A DNA stretch of 57,783 nt from Basidiobolus meristosporus CBS 931.73 (GCA_002104905.1 MCFE01000562.1:1-57783); one strand, 5' to 3'; positions 23,800 through 37,607 are shown, numbered from the stretch's first letter. Notes: a model not told the origin generated them from the letters alone. Made by a program: numbers and translations.

Positions 23800-24729
23800 C
23801 TACGCAGTGGAAAGGAGGGGGCGCGGCTGTGGGCGTGTGGTGGTTGTAGTTGAAAGTGTGCACCAAGAGGTAGAAAAAACCAAAGTCGGGCTGCTCAAGG
23901 AAGCAGAGAGCGAATAGAGGCTGGTGAGACGATCAGATGAAGGGACTCACACTTCTATGTATATCCCTCGATGACATGTATGCCGCCAACCCAACCCAAT
24001 GTGGATGAATAGGAAATTTTCTCTACAATGGACTTGAAGCCACCCCTGAAATCCCCTCTGGATTCATTCCCGGCAACCAATGAGGATATTGCCTGGAATG
24101 AATGAATGAATGACTGTCGCTCGAGTGATTATGGGCTCAAGCGTGTCACAATGCCTATCCAAAGAGGAAATCGATTCGTGGTCGAAGTCATGATTTCGTA
24201 ATGACAATAATGATTCGTGGTACACGATCAGTGACAAGGGATGTGCCTGGTGCTGAGGAAAATGACGCTCCCGTTTCATGTGCCGTACGACAGCGTGAGC
24301 GTATGGTCTGGAAGGCGCCGCAAGAACCAAGCCGTGTCCGTGGTAATTTTCCCTCGCTCGCTCGTTTGTTCCGGATGGTCAGCGACAGAGTCCATCGTGA
24401 CCATTCCAATATCATCGTGCCAGTCTCTTCCGACAGCCATGGAGGTTCTGGGATGATCAGGCGTGGATATGCAATGTGGCGGATCAAGTGTCCGTGAAAT
24501 AAAATTATTTATTTGAATCCAATGATATGACTTGCTTCACAAACGCCTAAATTTAGAATGCATGATTGGCCGGCGGGATGGGTGAATGGGTGAGCATCCA
24601 CTGATCGTCTCGCTGGAAGCTGCGCGAAGCGGATACTAGGCTTGTGCTTGCTACTGTGAAAATGAACGCCCCTCCAAATGCTGCTATGGGAAGAAACGAA
24701 GATAGTTCGAGGCCGTTTCGCGCAAAGGG

Positions 24730-25934
24730 TTAGTTTTGGCAGCGCAGAAATTGCGTGTATCTATCTTGATTGATTTGCCCAAGATAGTTGTCCACCAGCA
24801 ACTCGGCCACATAAGTCTTCCCATCATCGCCAAGCTTAACGATTGGTGTTGGAGAGCAGGTGCCAAGCGCCGGCCCCTCAATCGACAAATCTCCCAAGTT
24901 GTCGGTATAGCGTTGATGAGTCTTGAAGTAGTTGGCTTGTGCGCGATAAACCTGGCCTAGTATGTAGCGGGGCAAGGCTGACACGTCCTTGGGTGTAGTA
25001 GTGGCATTGCCGGCAGAGAACCCAAATGTGCCCCAATACTCTGGATTCTGGATGTCTTGCGAATTCTGGGGCGTCCACGTCTGGGTGATGTACTTGATAT
25101 CATTCTGACTTCTCTTGAATCTTCCGCCAAAGTTTCTGGAGGGAATCACTCTGACATAGATAGCGTGTCAGCGGTGGGACATGACGTGAGCAAGCAGGGG
25201 TATCACTTACACAAGGATATTAATGGAGCTCCGATTTGGATCTAAATCGTTGCTGTCAAATTCATTTTCATCCCCTCGTTTCTGAGTAACGTCCAGTTTG
25301 TTGATGGGCAGTGCCCATTCCACCGTCCAGGATCTCTCTAGTTTGTTGGCGCGGGAGGCAATCCTGTACCCACCAGACCCCTGTATTTTGATGGCTTTTT
25401 TCGACTGGGAGCCCAAAGTCCATGAAGTGCTGTTGCGGCCATTATTAGCTGGTGGCTTATCCCAAAGAAGTTGCTCGGTTTGACCATAAGGATTGGTCAT
25501 GATTTGCTTGTAGTTATGGTTCGTACTACGGGGGTTGTAGAAGATTCCTAGTTTGCTCAAGCCAAACACTAGCGGGGACAGTATTTTTGTTAGAATCCAT
25601 AGAAACCTGATTAAATGTAAACCGACCAACATTCATCTAGGTCCTTGCTGGCTAGGGGATTCTTCAACTCACAGCCAATATAGATATACTGGGAATCCTG
25701 CAACATCTTGAATCTAGATTGAACGTTGCTACTCTGAGAGGCGCCATCCTGGATGTCACCAAAATATGCGGACCACTTGACTGCTTCCCATGCCGGCTCA
25801 TTCAAATTGCCATCTACCTCTATCGGAGCAAAAGTTTTTTGGGAAAAGTAGCTCTTTGGTAAGGTGACATTGCAATCGCTGGCCAGGGATGAGGCCACCA
25901 TAGCGCTGATAAGGAGTAAAGTCGAGTACCACAT
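24730..25934 (-). CDS. Secreted CBM9-like (carbohydrate-binding family 9-like) protein, 3 exons, ~360 aa
   Basis: Exons 25934-25631, 25568-25211 and 25150-24730 (1083 nt, in frame), with GT-AG introns of 62 and 60 nt carrying branch sites. Signal peptide MWYSTLLLISAMVASSLA. Motifs IEVDGNLNEPAW, RFKML.DSQYIYIG, WTVEWALP, TWTPQ...I.NPEYWG, LGQVYRAQ..Y. Confidence 0.75.
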
Positions 25935-26568
25935 GGCGATGAGTAAGTTTGGATGCTTTGAATGAAGTGTGGGTAATTTGACTGCTGTGTCGCTGTACTA
26001 TGGGTGGGTTATATACATATACTGCTTGGTAGACTTTTGCCTGCATCTCCTTACGATTACGTTGAAGGGCTGAGGAGGTCCAAATCTAAGCCTAAACCCA
26101 AGAGTTAGCCTCAGCCGACAACATCCAGATATCCACCATATATGGCAAGTCGGCTCAAATCACATTGATAGGATCCACAACTATGACACCATGGATCAAG
26201 TATGACCGGCCTACCATAAGGGAAAATACATTATCCCAACGATTTCTACTTCGATGTGCAATGTGTCAATCGAATGGCAAATAACCAGTCCACTTAAAAT
26301 AGTAGCGTAAAATTACCAAGCACCCACCGACCATTCCATAGATCAGAGTTGACTTATAAGCAACATTCTATTTGGGTATTTATTCTAAGAATACGTATAT
26401 ACAGCATTGTCAAGGTAAGCCTAGTCTAAGTTTGTAAAGGTGGCTTCTATACCGATAAATTAAGGAACGAGCGTCTATTTGTTAAAGAGATGGAAGGAGT
26501 CGAAGTGTGTGAACCAGTATTTTGATTTTTACATCAGGTTCACCACCTTTCGAATTTGTAGTACGTAT

Positions 26569-26874
26569 CTAAGCGGTGTCTCCCTTAAGGAAAGTACGCA
26601 AACTTTTGTCAAGAAGACCGGCGATTTTGGCGTATGCAACCTTCTCCTCGGATGTACACTCACTCAAGCTAGCAGGCGCTAGGAAAGTCTCTAGTTCGTG
26701 TAGTGAGTTGACATACAGTTCTGAGTCGGAGTAATACAGAGTAGATTCATCCGAGTCTATCGAGTCCTCCTGTTCATGAAAGTCTTCAAGTTCATGTTTG
26801 GCGGTGGTTTGCATCTTAGGCAATGAAGAATGACGCTTCAAGGAGGAGAATGGGTTGATGGTGAATAGCTTCAT
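26569..26874 (-). CDS. Hypothetical small acidic protein (101 aa)
   Basis: ATG-initiated ORF with protein-like composition (acidic/Ser-rich middle, helical C-terminus); no recognisable domain. Confidence 0.45.
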   Translation of the reverse strand: MKLFTINPFSSLKRHSSLPKMQTTAKHELEDFHEQEDSIDSDESTLYYSDSELYVNSLHELETFLAPASLSECTSEEKVAYAKIAGLLDKSLRTFLKGDTA

Positions 26875-29668
26875 TCAGGTATGCGTCTATTTGTCTATTA
26901 GTTGTGGGAAATGAAGCCGACGGCACAAACAGGTAGGAATGTAGTGGATGAGGAATGAGACTGTACACAGAATCTATAGGGTTGGACTTGTACTGATTAC
27001 TTTTGACATTCCCATGTCTTTGTTGGTCCTTTTATATCTGAAAACCCTGATATTTTGGCAGCCACAAACATTTCTATGGCTGTCCATGTTTGTAAGGACC
27101 GGCTCCAGAATCCAATCATTGTCATTGGTACCATTCTCCAGATTCCAGGAAACGTAAAAATTGGTCACTAGTCAAAATATCCATATATGGTTAGCCTTGA
27201 GGTTCGATTGGCTCTGGGCAGCCAAAGATAGAAATTGGAAGGATCTCTTGCGTCTCTTTTTCTTACAAAATCCGCCTGACCAGTAGAAGCGGAATTTCGG
27301 CATTTGATATGCCCATTCTATATACTCAGAAGCCTACATAAGGGATATCGCAGAGCTGACTTGACCCATAGATATCTGTTAAAGTTGGTCAGCAACAATC
27401 TGGACGGACTATCCGATGTGTTGACTTATTTCGCGGTAACCAATCGGTAGGCGGGATCTTGGCCAAAGAATCGATTTAGTTAGACTGTGAGGTGAGACTA
27501 CACTACTCACTCGCCAATTTTACCAAGGATTCCGTTTTCCAGGATGCTCCAGTTTGCATGGAATAATCCCGGAAACTTTTTCCATGCATCTGAAATTTCG
27601 AGAAATTACCGAACATGTATGATAGCGGGTTGATCCTCGGTCAATCGCTCCCACTATATTAGAGCATCCTACAAGCGCCATTGATTGTAAATATAGTGTA
27701 TCGCTGGAGATAAGCTCTACTATGTCAGGATGGCTGAACCGCGGAGCCCGAATTCAGCAAATTCTACCAGGGACCATGGATCACCTGCTGCGCATTTTTT
27801 GTATGGACGGATCCCAGAAACTATTCGAACTGGGCTATTCGGAATGGATGTAGGCCGTGCCTCAGCAAAACGCATTCACCACTCTCTGCTTTTCTTGGCA
27901 TGCTGTCTCAGCCTCTATGCCTCCCAAAACCTCGGCCGCAACCTGATTTGGAGATAACTGGACGGAGTGGAATACACCTAGCTCGAAAGTAAAGCATAGA
28001 GTTGATTATAATCGAAGACATCGCAAGTAAATCCCTCGCATCCACATGTAATCATCGCAAATGGTGAGCACTGATTACCATTGAAGGCATCCTGGCGAAT
28101 GCGCTACCAATGTACCGCACGTGAGAATTGGCGAACGTAGCCCAACTGACGGAGTAGATACGCCCTTACACATGCACCCTAGTTATTGAATCACTTTTAT
28201 CCCAAACAAACGAAGTCACCTGGTAACCCTCAGAATAGCATGGTGAAGCTAACCTGAGAGCGAGCGTACCGCATCGCCCATTCCATGAAATGCTGTTGGT
28301 TTAGAGTTAGACAATATTTCGCTAACTATGCGTATATTAAAAGTCAATGTTAAGCAAAAACCCACAAAATGATCGAAACATAATGGCTATTCTGGAGTGG
28401 CTGATGAGCTATTAGCTAATTGAGATCACCCAGTTACTCCTTTTAGCTAATAATGGCTTGGGAGATGTGCACAAAGTTGGATTCTAAGTGAAACAAAATG
28501 AATCCGACTTGGCGAATTCATTATAATAATGTAGCTTAGTGCCAAATAGGGCAGATAATCACTTATAGAGGTTACATCGTCCTCTGGGCTTTCGTGAAGC
28601 TGAGCCAAGAACTCCATAAATGTATGCAACTAAATCATCCATGATTAGCCCGATGCACTAGATATGAGCTTCCTGATTGGTCAGATCCTCCTTCGTTCAG
28701 TTGCATGCCTTGCTCACAAATTAACCAGATTATAGTCCCAATCTACATCAGACCAGCCGCCATACCGAGTAGAAACGAAAATGTTCAGTTACAATGCAGT
28801 TAACTTACCCACACTCGTCCTCAACTCATTTAAGCAGGTGTGTGGGATACTTCGCAATATGGATAGAGTTTTTTTAGCTTCCACCTGACAGATTTACACG
28901 AAATTCACCGAGTCAAATGACCTGGGAATTGATATCTGGCCGAAGGTGGCCAATCACTTCACCAGCAAAGTATCTGTGCAACATGCTCCTCTACATCCTA
29001 TTTGTGTTGTGTTCCTGAGGAATCATGTCGGGCTTGGAAGAGCCATCGGATACAATGACTCAACACTGTATACTACGCGGAAGTGCTGGGTGTGGTGCGT
29101 ACGCCGTATGTGGGCCATTCACAGGACGATAATGGGCCCCTTGATGAAGTGAAATCCAGCTATGCAACATTGATCCTCACAACCATACATACTTGGTTAA
29201 GTTAGCGTGGCTATAAATGGGAGTAAGTTAGATGAGCACCTACACGATTGATCATAAATGTTGATGTTAATTTGAGGTTACACTGATTCGCCATCTTATT
29301 GGTCCGTTGATGTTGGAATGATATATGTCTTGGAAATTAGTGACCACCATTCGAAGTACACCCAAGTGATTTTATGGATCCGTGACTACTAAAGCTTACT
29401 TCTATTGAAGACAAGCAGGTTCATGCATGAAAGTGGGGGTAGTTTTTGGGGCCGAAGAGTGGGTCACCCGTTTGATCCTTGATATTGTATCCCCCATTAG
29501 TAGCAGTGCAGAATCCGGCTTATTACTTTTACAACTCTTTTTAATACCATCCATACTATTTAGAACTGTACTCTATCCCACATACTTGGTATATACGGAT
29601 TGTTAGAGAGTTGCCATATATTCCCTTCATATAGTAGACTCTGTTTCCCCTACGTTCGCTAAAAGTCA

Positions 29669-32600
29669 ATGCTTAGTTCCGAGAGTTTCGAAGCCAACAG
29701 CGACGCCATTAGGTTGGCTCGTCATCAGAGTGTGCCGGCTGTTGCTTCCCGAGCGAATTTTGAAGTAAACACTTACGTCTCAACTCAAACTTCTTGGAGA
29801 TACTAACCTCTTTCTCACCTCAGAAGCCTTTGTCTACATTCAACCGGCTGTCTTTGATGTTTCGCGGGGCTACGGTAGGCTCGGATGGTGCGCTTTCATT
29901 TTCCCAGACGCTGACCTTCTTTACGTATTTAGCAACCAAGCGCCGTCCAGACCAACCCAAAAAAGGTAACAACGGAGCACCCTTGAGGCTTCTCCGAAAG
30001 TCACTGATATATTTTTTTAGAGTAATAAGGGTATAGAAAAGGCGTTGTCTCAACTCATTGAGCTGGAAAAAGATTGTATCAATAATTTATCGGTAATCAT
30101 TCAGGTTGGTAGTTACTATAAGACTGTCTTCTCTACAGGGAAAAATACGCAGGTACTTATTATGAATCATTGATGCCAGTGTTCGGAGGACGTCTTGCGG
30201 AAGAAGCACTTGCTTTCTCCCGCAAAAATAGATAACTTGTTGGGCAACTTTCCGGACCTCTTTGAGGTTCATCACAGTTTTTTGGAGGTGAGGGTTTGAT
30301 CGATCACTCGTAACTATTGTTGGTCATTAACGCCTTCACATTACTAGCAACTTGAAGAAATTGAGAAGGGTGCAGATAATCATGGTGGACTGGGATATGC
30401 TATTATGCAAATGGTACGTCGTATACTTTTAGTGACCGGGTCCGATTAATCATATTAACACTAGTTATTAGATGAACAAATTGGATACACCATACACGAA
30501 GTGCTGTGAACTCCAAGTCAAAAGTCTAGACGCTTGTGAAGAGGTGTTCGATAATGCGTTGGTTCGCAACTTCTTAAAGGAGGCTGGTCTGCATGGCTCT
30601 GACGATTCGCTACATACCTACATGGCTAACCCATTCGACACGTTGTTCAAATACAGAGAGTTGTTCATGGTGGGTTGAACCCTGAAAGGTTGTCCACCTT
30701 ATATTCAGCTGACTTTCACGCTTTAGAGTGTCTGTAACGATGTAGATCCTGGGGACTTGGAGTATGCTCTGTTTCTATCCGCCAGCGATAAGATCAATAG
30801 GTTGTCGCAAATTGCTAGTACTGCACAGACTAACTGGAAGGATTGGAAAAAAGTCAAGGACATTCAAGCAAAATTGGACTTTTCTGAGCTCAATTCTGCT
30901 CCACAAGTACGTGTTCCATACATTTCAGCTAAACTCTAGTAGAAGCCATTTAACGTTTGCTTATTTTGTAGTCGCGTCGGTTGTCGCTTCGACCTGATCT
31001 TAATATATCTCACAATGATTTTGCTGGTCTACGTAAGGTGCTTCGAGACGATAGATTCGTACGTGTTGAAGGCGAGGCCAACCCCACGGAGCAGCCTATT
31101 GCTTTGATTCTCTTGACCGACTTATTGTTGCTATGTGAACCAAAGCAAAAGGATGAGCAAGAAATCTATTGCCTACTGAAACCTCCCCTCCCTCTGGAGA
31201 ACGCCTCCCTAGAGCCATATTTTGGTGAAGACCCAGATGGTACGGCATGTCCATTGAATGCAACTGGATTCTTGACTGACAATATGTATTTCTTGTCATC
31301 GAGCAGGAAGGTGTATGGAACTAGACATCGAAGGGGATGAGAGAATCTTACTACGCGCATCGGAAGGGACTGATAAGGACTCATGGCTTCAGGAATTCAA
31401 AACCTACCAGATTGCCAAATTGCTTGAAGAGACCTACAACAGTGAGAGACGTCTTTGTTTGCCCAACCCAAATGATTCTCTAACATGATCTTCAGTTCTA
31501 GACTTTGACGATCAAGAAGACGACGATGACCTTGATAATCGGAACACCATGACCGATTTCAATCCCGACATGGGAGACACCGCAATGGTGTTGGATTCGA
31601 TCAAGCAAACCCTTGATTCCCTAAAGGATGATATCTCTTACCCGAATCAACGATTTAGCTTAGATCCATCCTCGATCAACTTTGATTCCATCTCGTTCAC
31701 TGACGAGCCTATATCTATATCAGAGACGGACGACCGTGCTAGTCTTCATTCGCCCATCAGTGAGCCGCCTGCACCTGAAAAGAGAGCAAGCCTGGTTCTA
31801 TCTCCGGTGGATATCAGCTTTGATAGCTCAATAGAATCAGAAGAGCCCTCAGCCAATATCAGATCATCCATCATCTCTTTAAAGAATGATTACTTCAACA
31901 ATCCAGAGTTGCTCACCAGATCCTCCACTGAGCCTTCGGACTTGGAATCTCCAAAATCCATTGCCGATCGGAGATCCAAAACCGAGTCGAAGATTGATTT
32001 CTTCTCGCCTGATTTCAAACTGCCGACGATGGAAACAGCGAAGGAAGAGCCCACCAGCCCAGTCACCACCGAATCCACGTTTGCTAGGCTCTCCAGACGC
32101 ATCAGCACGCTTTCAAGAAGATCCAGTTTGCCGTCAGAACCAACCATTGAAGCTGTGGAACCGAGAAGCGTGCCGCAACCACTTCCTTCGACCAACTTCA
32201 TGCAACAGAAGCTGAATACTCAACCAGCCTCACCGACCGAAGAATACCCCGAGATATCCCAGAAATCACCAACATTTATGGAGCCAGACAACGAGCTTCG
32301 CTCCGAACTCAGCTTTTCAGAAATGCCAAAGGTAAGCTGGAGCCCGTCGACATTCTGAGGAGTTGTCCTCATTAAACAACCCTTCATTTAGCGTCGAAGT
32401 CTCGCCCAGCGCATCATGGACAATCCTAGGCTCTCCCACCTTTGGAATCGCAACAGAGCCTCCACCAGTTCTATGTCTTCCATTTCATCGGTAAGCACCA
32501 TCGCCACTATCATCGACTCCAAATATGTGAGTGAAGCATGCGACATAGCACAGTGGTGCGGGGATCATTGGGGCCGAGTTGGTCAATGTGTACTCGAGGT

Positions 32601-33276
32601 ACGAGAAACTTCCGCGCGCAAAAGTTGCATCGCATTGCTCACGGAGGGTACTCAGAGGCAGATACTGAACGCCTGGATCCTTCCGGACACGATCATCGAG
32701 CGTTCGGATAAGGCAGATGTGATCATTGTATGCCAGATCAGCCGCAAAACGGCCAAGTACCGCATTCGGTCGGATGACGAGACAGAGGCAGATGAGATCT
32801 ACGAGGTGTTGATGACCGAGAAGGAATTCAGCACTCCGCAGTCCAACGAATACCCAGCAAACGACACCTTCATCTCCAGATCGGACTCACTGCTGACTAC
32901 CAAGTCGGTCGCTGATGAAGTCCGATGTGTCTTCGAATCTAAATGCAAGTTGTTCCTCTTAGAAGATGGAACTTCGTGGGCTCGTCTTGGGTCAACCATT
33001 GTCCAGCTCATGGTTGCCTTCCCATCACAACGAATGAAGCTTGTTGTAGAGTCCACGAAATCCCGAAGAACTCTGATCAACGCTGATGTCCCAGACAGAG
33101 GGGTTGAGAGAAGACAGAAAAGAATCATCATCACGATACTAGACGAAAAGAAGCTTTCGCATGTCCATCTGTTGACATTCAAGAACATCACCGTCGCCAC
33201 TCACCTGTTCGAGCTGCTTACCAACAAAGATGGAGGTCTCAGATACACTCGTTCGCTGAGCATGTACGAGGGATAG
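29669..33276 (+). CDS. Multi-exon DH-PH (RhoGEF-like) protein with Ser-rich linker and C-terminal PH-like folds
   Basis: Spliced peptides: KALSQLIELEKDCINNL (DH CR1), LSPAKIDNLLGNFPDLFEVHHSFLE, YMANPFDTLFKYRELF (CR3-like), LILLTDLLLLCEPK and ILLRASEGTDKDSWLQEF (PH). Long exons 31549-32331 and 32392-33276. Start codon and one internal splice junction (~30105-30180) uncertain. Confidence 0.75.
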
Positions 33277-34752
33277 AATGGCTTGCGCGAAATCCTTGCC
33301 ACACCGTTACCGCAGCGAAGTATTCTATTCTGTTATAATTTAATGCGCTGTACTCCCCCCCCCCCACAGAAAGTCTATTGTAGATTATTATTAGGTACCA
33401 AACCCAGTAAGCCCAATTTTATCAGCCCCTTGACAATGCATATCACCGCTACAGGTTTCCATAACCCTTATTCATACCGTAGTACATGATGGGGCATATA
33501 ATAAAATCCACTACTCAGCAAATGCTTCACAGCAGCTACTGGCTTTGTGCATAAATTCGCCACCTCGTCCAGAGAGATAAAGGTCATATTCGCAGAGTCA
33601 TGTGGAAATGACCACGAGGTGTAGCCGGGGCGTTCCCACCTGAGTTGCTGACCTATACATATAGTACCATAGGTTGGCTGAGCACAACCGCTCAAACACT
33701 ACATCCATTCTGGTGGCCAGATGCAGGCCCTGAATTCAATTTTCCCCTTCCCACAAAGGGCACATAATTAGCCTCACTCCCCAAACCCACCCCAAAAGTG
33801 TTACAGTTCCAGGAAAATCGGTTGTTTCAAGAGACGGATCAAGTGTCACTGTTGCCTCGTATTCAACATTTACCATGAGTGTGTGTCCAGATATGCCCAG
33901 ATATTGTACCCAGGATTTTCAAGTCAACATAGGCTTTACTCAGGCAAGAATGGCTGGACTCTAGACCATCATCCTTGCACACATACTACTACTAAATCTC
34001 CAACCACATGCAAGCCCCCACGATCTATAGCATAAATCAAGCCTCTCTAGTCAAGCTCACTGCTTCGAAATCCATCTATAGCCTTCATTCCTTTGTTTTT
34101 GGTCTACCCTGGGAAACGGTTGATTCCTTCACTGTGGTATGGCGTCCGGCACGGATAGCTATTGGTCCCGCTAAAAATGGAGTATTTATGCCCCAATTAT
34201 CACATTACTACTTATGCTGTCTGCTTTACCAAATCATGCCATTTGATATTGGTTGTTAGTAGACATTCAGGACATGGAGGCCAGGTGGAGGTGGACCTTG
34301 GTGATCCAACTCCACATAAAAACTAGCTTATAATATAGTAAACGTAACATCAACGGGCTGGTGGGAATGAACGATCTTTGTGACTGTCCACTTTAATCGC
34401 CAACTATGAATCATGCTTAAACTCATTCAGAGACCAAAACTAATTATGAAAAGTAAAGATAAGCAACCCTTCCCTAGCCCCTGAGCCAAATCCGGCTTGG
34501 AAATGGCGATGCTGAGATGAATAGATGTTCTTCAAACTCCAAGGCTTCGGGTGCCTTACATAGCGTCCACATTATAGTTAAGGTGACGCCGCATCGCTTG
34601 GCAGATCCCAAATTAACTTTCATTCGATGCATATAAATAGCTCTGCGATGACGTTTCGAGGCCACCGAAATGGTTACATGATCGCCTAGAAAGGATAACC
34701 GACAAAGACGACGCCACAGGTTGGTTCTCATATAAAATGCCTTGAAAATCCG

Positions 34753-35992
34753 ATGTTCCTCACCACAGCACCGATTCCTATGGATTTTGAAACCGACCAA
34801 GATGCCCTGCTCTACAAGAGTATTTGTAGCGTCTCCAACAAATTATCCAAGTACTTGAGCACCGAAAAAAGCAATGTCCTGTACTCCCCCCTCTCCGTCA
34901 GCTTAGCCTTGTTATTACTGCTTAATGGCACCTCGGAGCAGGCCGATAGTAGAGAGGAGCTGTTAGCATTCTTCGATATCGTTGACGACAGAGGGGAAAA
35001 ACTAGACAAGCTGAACTCCATTATGAACACCTCATTGAAGGCGTACTTCAGCCAAGACAAGAACGGTTCCGCGAACAAAGACCAAACCGACTTCATCGTA
35101 GGCAATTCCCTCTGGGGGGACCAGATATTCCCTTCCTATGTTAGCAGAATCCAAGATCTATTCGAGGCCGAAGGCTTCCCAGTCCCGAAGAACGGCAAAG
35201 AGGTGAACGACTGGATAGAACAAAAAACAAATGGTCATCTGAAACGGTTTTTCGATGATGATAAGCAGTTCTCCAAAGATTCCGTCATGTTGCTCAACTC
35301 CGTGTACTTCCGTGGCAACTGGGCTATTCCTTTTGACCAGCAACAGTCATACATGGGAGAATTTTCCACAAGTAAAACCCACATGGCAGAGGTCCGCATG
35401 ATGCGCTCGAGCGGAGAAAAGTGGGAGCACAAAGAAAACGGCAAGTATGAAGTGTTGAGACTACAGTATAAAGACACGAAATTCAGCGCCAGCATAGTGC
35501 TTCCTAAGGAAGTGCTTACCTTTCAAGAGGCTGAGGCCATGATGACCAAGGAAGATTGGGACTTCGTATATTTGCAACGTTCGATGGATAATGAAGGAAC
35601 CGTAATTATCCCGAAATTTGATCTTGAACACAGCGTGGAGTTAAAGGATGGGTTGGTGAAGTCTGGAGTGAAGAAAATATTCAATAGAGCGGAGTCTGGG
35701 TTGACTGAGCTGTGCGCATCACCCATTGAAGTCAAGCAAGTCTATCATAAGTGCAGGATTCAAGTCGACGAAACAGGTATTGGCTAATATCCACTATTTT
35801 CCATAGCATTCAATCTAACCTAACCTTTCTCCAGGCTCTACGGCAAGCGCGGCCACGGCGATTCTAATGATGAAGTGCTGCCTACCAATATCACCGCCGT
35901 TTTACTTCGAGTGTAACCGGCCCTTCTACTTCATCATTCACACCGACCGGGGTATTCCACTGTTTGTTAGTTATGTTCAAGATCCAAAATAA
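34753..35992 (+). CDS. Serpin (serine protease inhibitor family), intracellular, 2 exons
   Basis: Exon 1 34753-35776 has NVLYSPLSVSLAL, VNDWIEQKTNG.L, LLNSVYFRGNW..PF and IPKFDL. Intron 35777-35834 (58 nt). Exon 2 gives hinge/RCL DETGSTASAATAILMMKCCLP and the serpin signature FECNRPFYFII. No signal peptide. Confidence 0.93.
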
Positions 35993-36188
35993 ACTACACC
36001 ACTTCTTGATTTACATTTAACTTACAATCAAAGGCCAATTCCATAGGTTAAACTAATCTACATATTGAGACTGAGACTGCCATGACAACGGTGCATTTGA
36101 CTGTTTCAAGTCTCCAAAAATTACTCAGCACATTGGCATTTATGAGGTACGTTGTGGGTGTTAATGTCACAAGATACATCCTTGGAGC

Positions 36189-36210
36189 ATATATATATAT
36201 ATATATATAT
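36189..36210. repeat. (AT)11 microsatellite
   Basis: Perfect AT dinucleotide run read directly. Confidence 0.9.
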
Positions 36211-37607
36211 GCCGCGTTCTTCCATGTTATGAACAGCACTAAATATTCCAAATGTTTACTGGCAATCATGGATTTTCTGGAGTTGGATGGAATCAGCTCA
36301 AACCAGGGTTTGACAAACCTACCTTGAAGTTGACATGATCTAGGTGGAATTGGTGCAATACAGTATCTAATTACAAATATATTTGGATATAGTACCTTCA
36401 TCTATATGAAATTGGGGTGTGTTGACTGATTCACTAAATCGTGGAAATTGCGGAAATGCTGGGAACACCAAAAATATCACAACCTCCTGGGACCTGGTTC
36501 AAATATATATTTTTACTTTTTTGATGTCTGCTCCACCTTACAATTGCCTTTCAGCCCCATAAATTGCTAAGAGAAAATCACTCTATGCTTCACTTCCAGC
36601 TTCCCACTGCCACCTTCAACAGGAACTACCTAATGCCATAGCAAAGCTGCTTTTGGAAGCATTGGCAAAACAGCCTTCCTACCATATTTGCTTATATCAT
36701 TCATCATCAGGCTTATCAGTGATTTCTCCGGAATTCATATTTTAGCATGGTGATATACAGGTATTTATCCCAGATATGCTATACAATATATGAAGGATGT
36801 TTGAGGCAATAAGCAGTGTTTCAACACTGCACACTCTTGGTATAGATTTCTTGTTGATATCGTTAGGAGGTATGATACCATGGAAGAACAGGCTTGGGTT
36901 TAGAGGCCATATAGTAGCATATCTCTATATGTAATATATAGACTTAATACGCACTATATGAAGCATAATTACCACCTTTGTTAGTAACCGCGAGTTTGGA
37001 CCTTTCTTTAGACACTCTGATCATTTGTTTTGCGAACTTTAGCTGAAATCCAATTAACCAAATAATGCACCTTGCTGAAGCCCTCTGGTACTTCAAGTCA
37101 CTTCCAAAATTCCCCAAAGGTTTGCACCAACGACAAGGCTGAAGAACCATGAAACCCGAAAAGATATCGTATCTGAGGTATTTACTAGGGTTCTTTGGTG
37201 TACTAAAATAAATCTTCATCCTCACATATCAGTCAAGACGAACTGAACTTAATATCAAATGTCCATGCATACACTAGGATATTGTGCTTCAACATAGTTA
37301 CCAAATCCCATGTGTGGCAATCAATCATTTTAGCAAGAGCTAAGGTCTTCTACATCACACAATATTCTGCTATAGGTTAGGATACAGAACGTTGATCTTT
37401 GAACGCTCCAGAAATAGGCAAGTAATGGGTTTATTTAAAGTGAATTAGTGTTAAAAAGCGCCATCGCACTATGCATTAAAAGAGGCCACTGGTTCTAACT
37501 CAAAAGTCTTGGAGAGTCATCTTTTTTTTGCCAATTATCTGATGACGATGGAGGACATCCACAAGCTTCACAGAGATTTCCAACGACCTCATACATGGTT
37601 TGCCGAT

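Noticed and set aside
27201-27207. GGTTCGA T-loop-like motif
   Set aside because: Flanks do not fold into a cloverleaf; no tRNA, rRNA or snRNA gene recognised anywhere in the window.
36813-36830. Perfect hairpin GCAGTGTT-TC-AACACTGC in a CpG-poor patch, considered as a Helitron 3' end
   Set aside because: No CTRR terminus at the expected distance on either strand and no Rep/helicase remnant.
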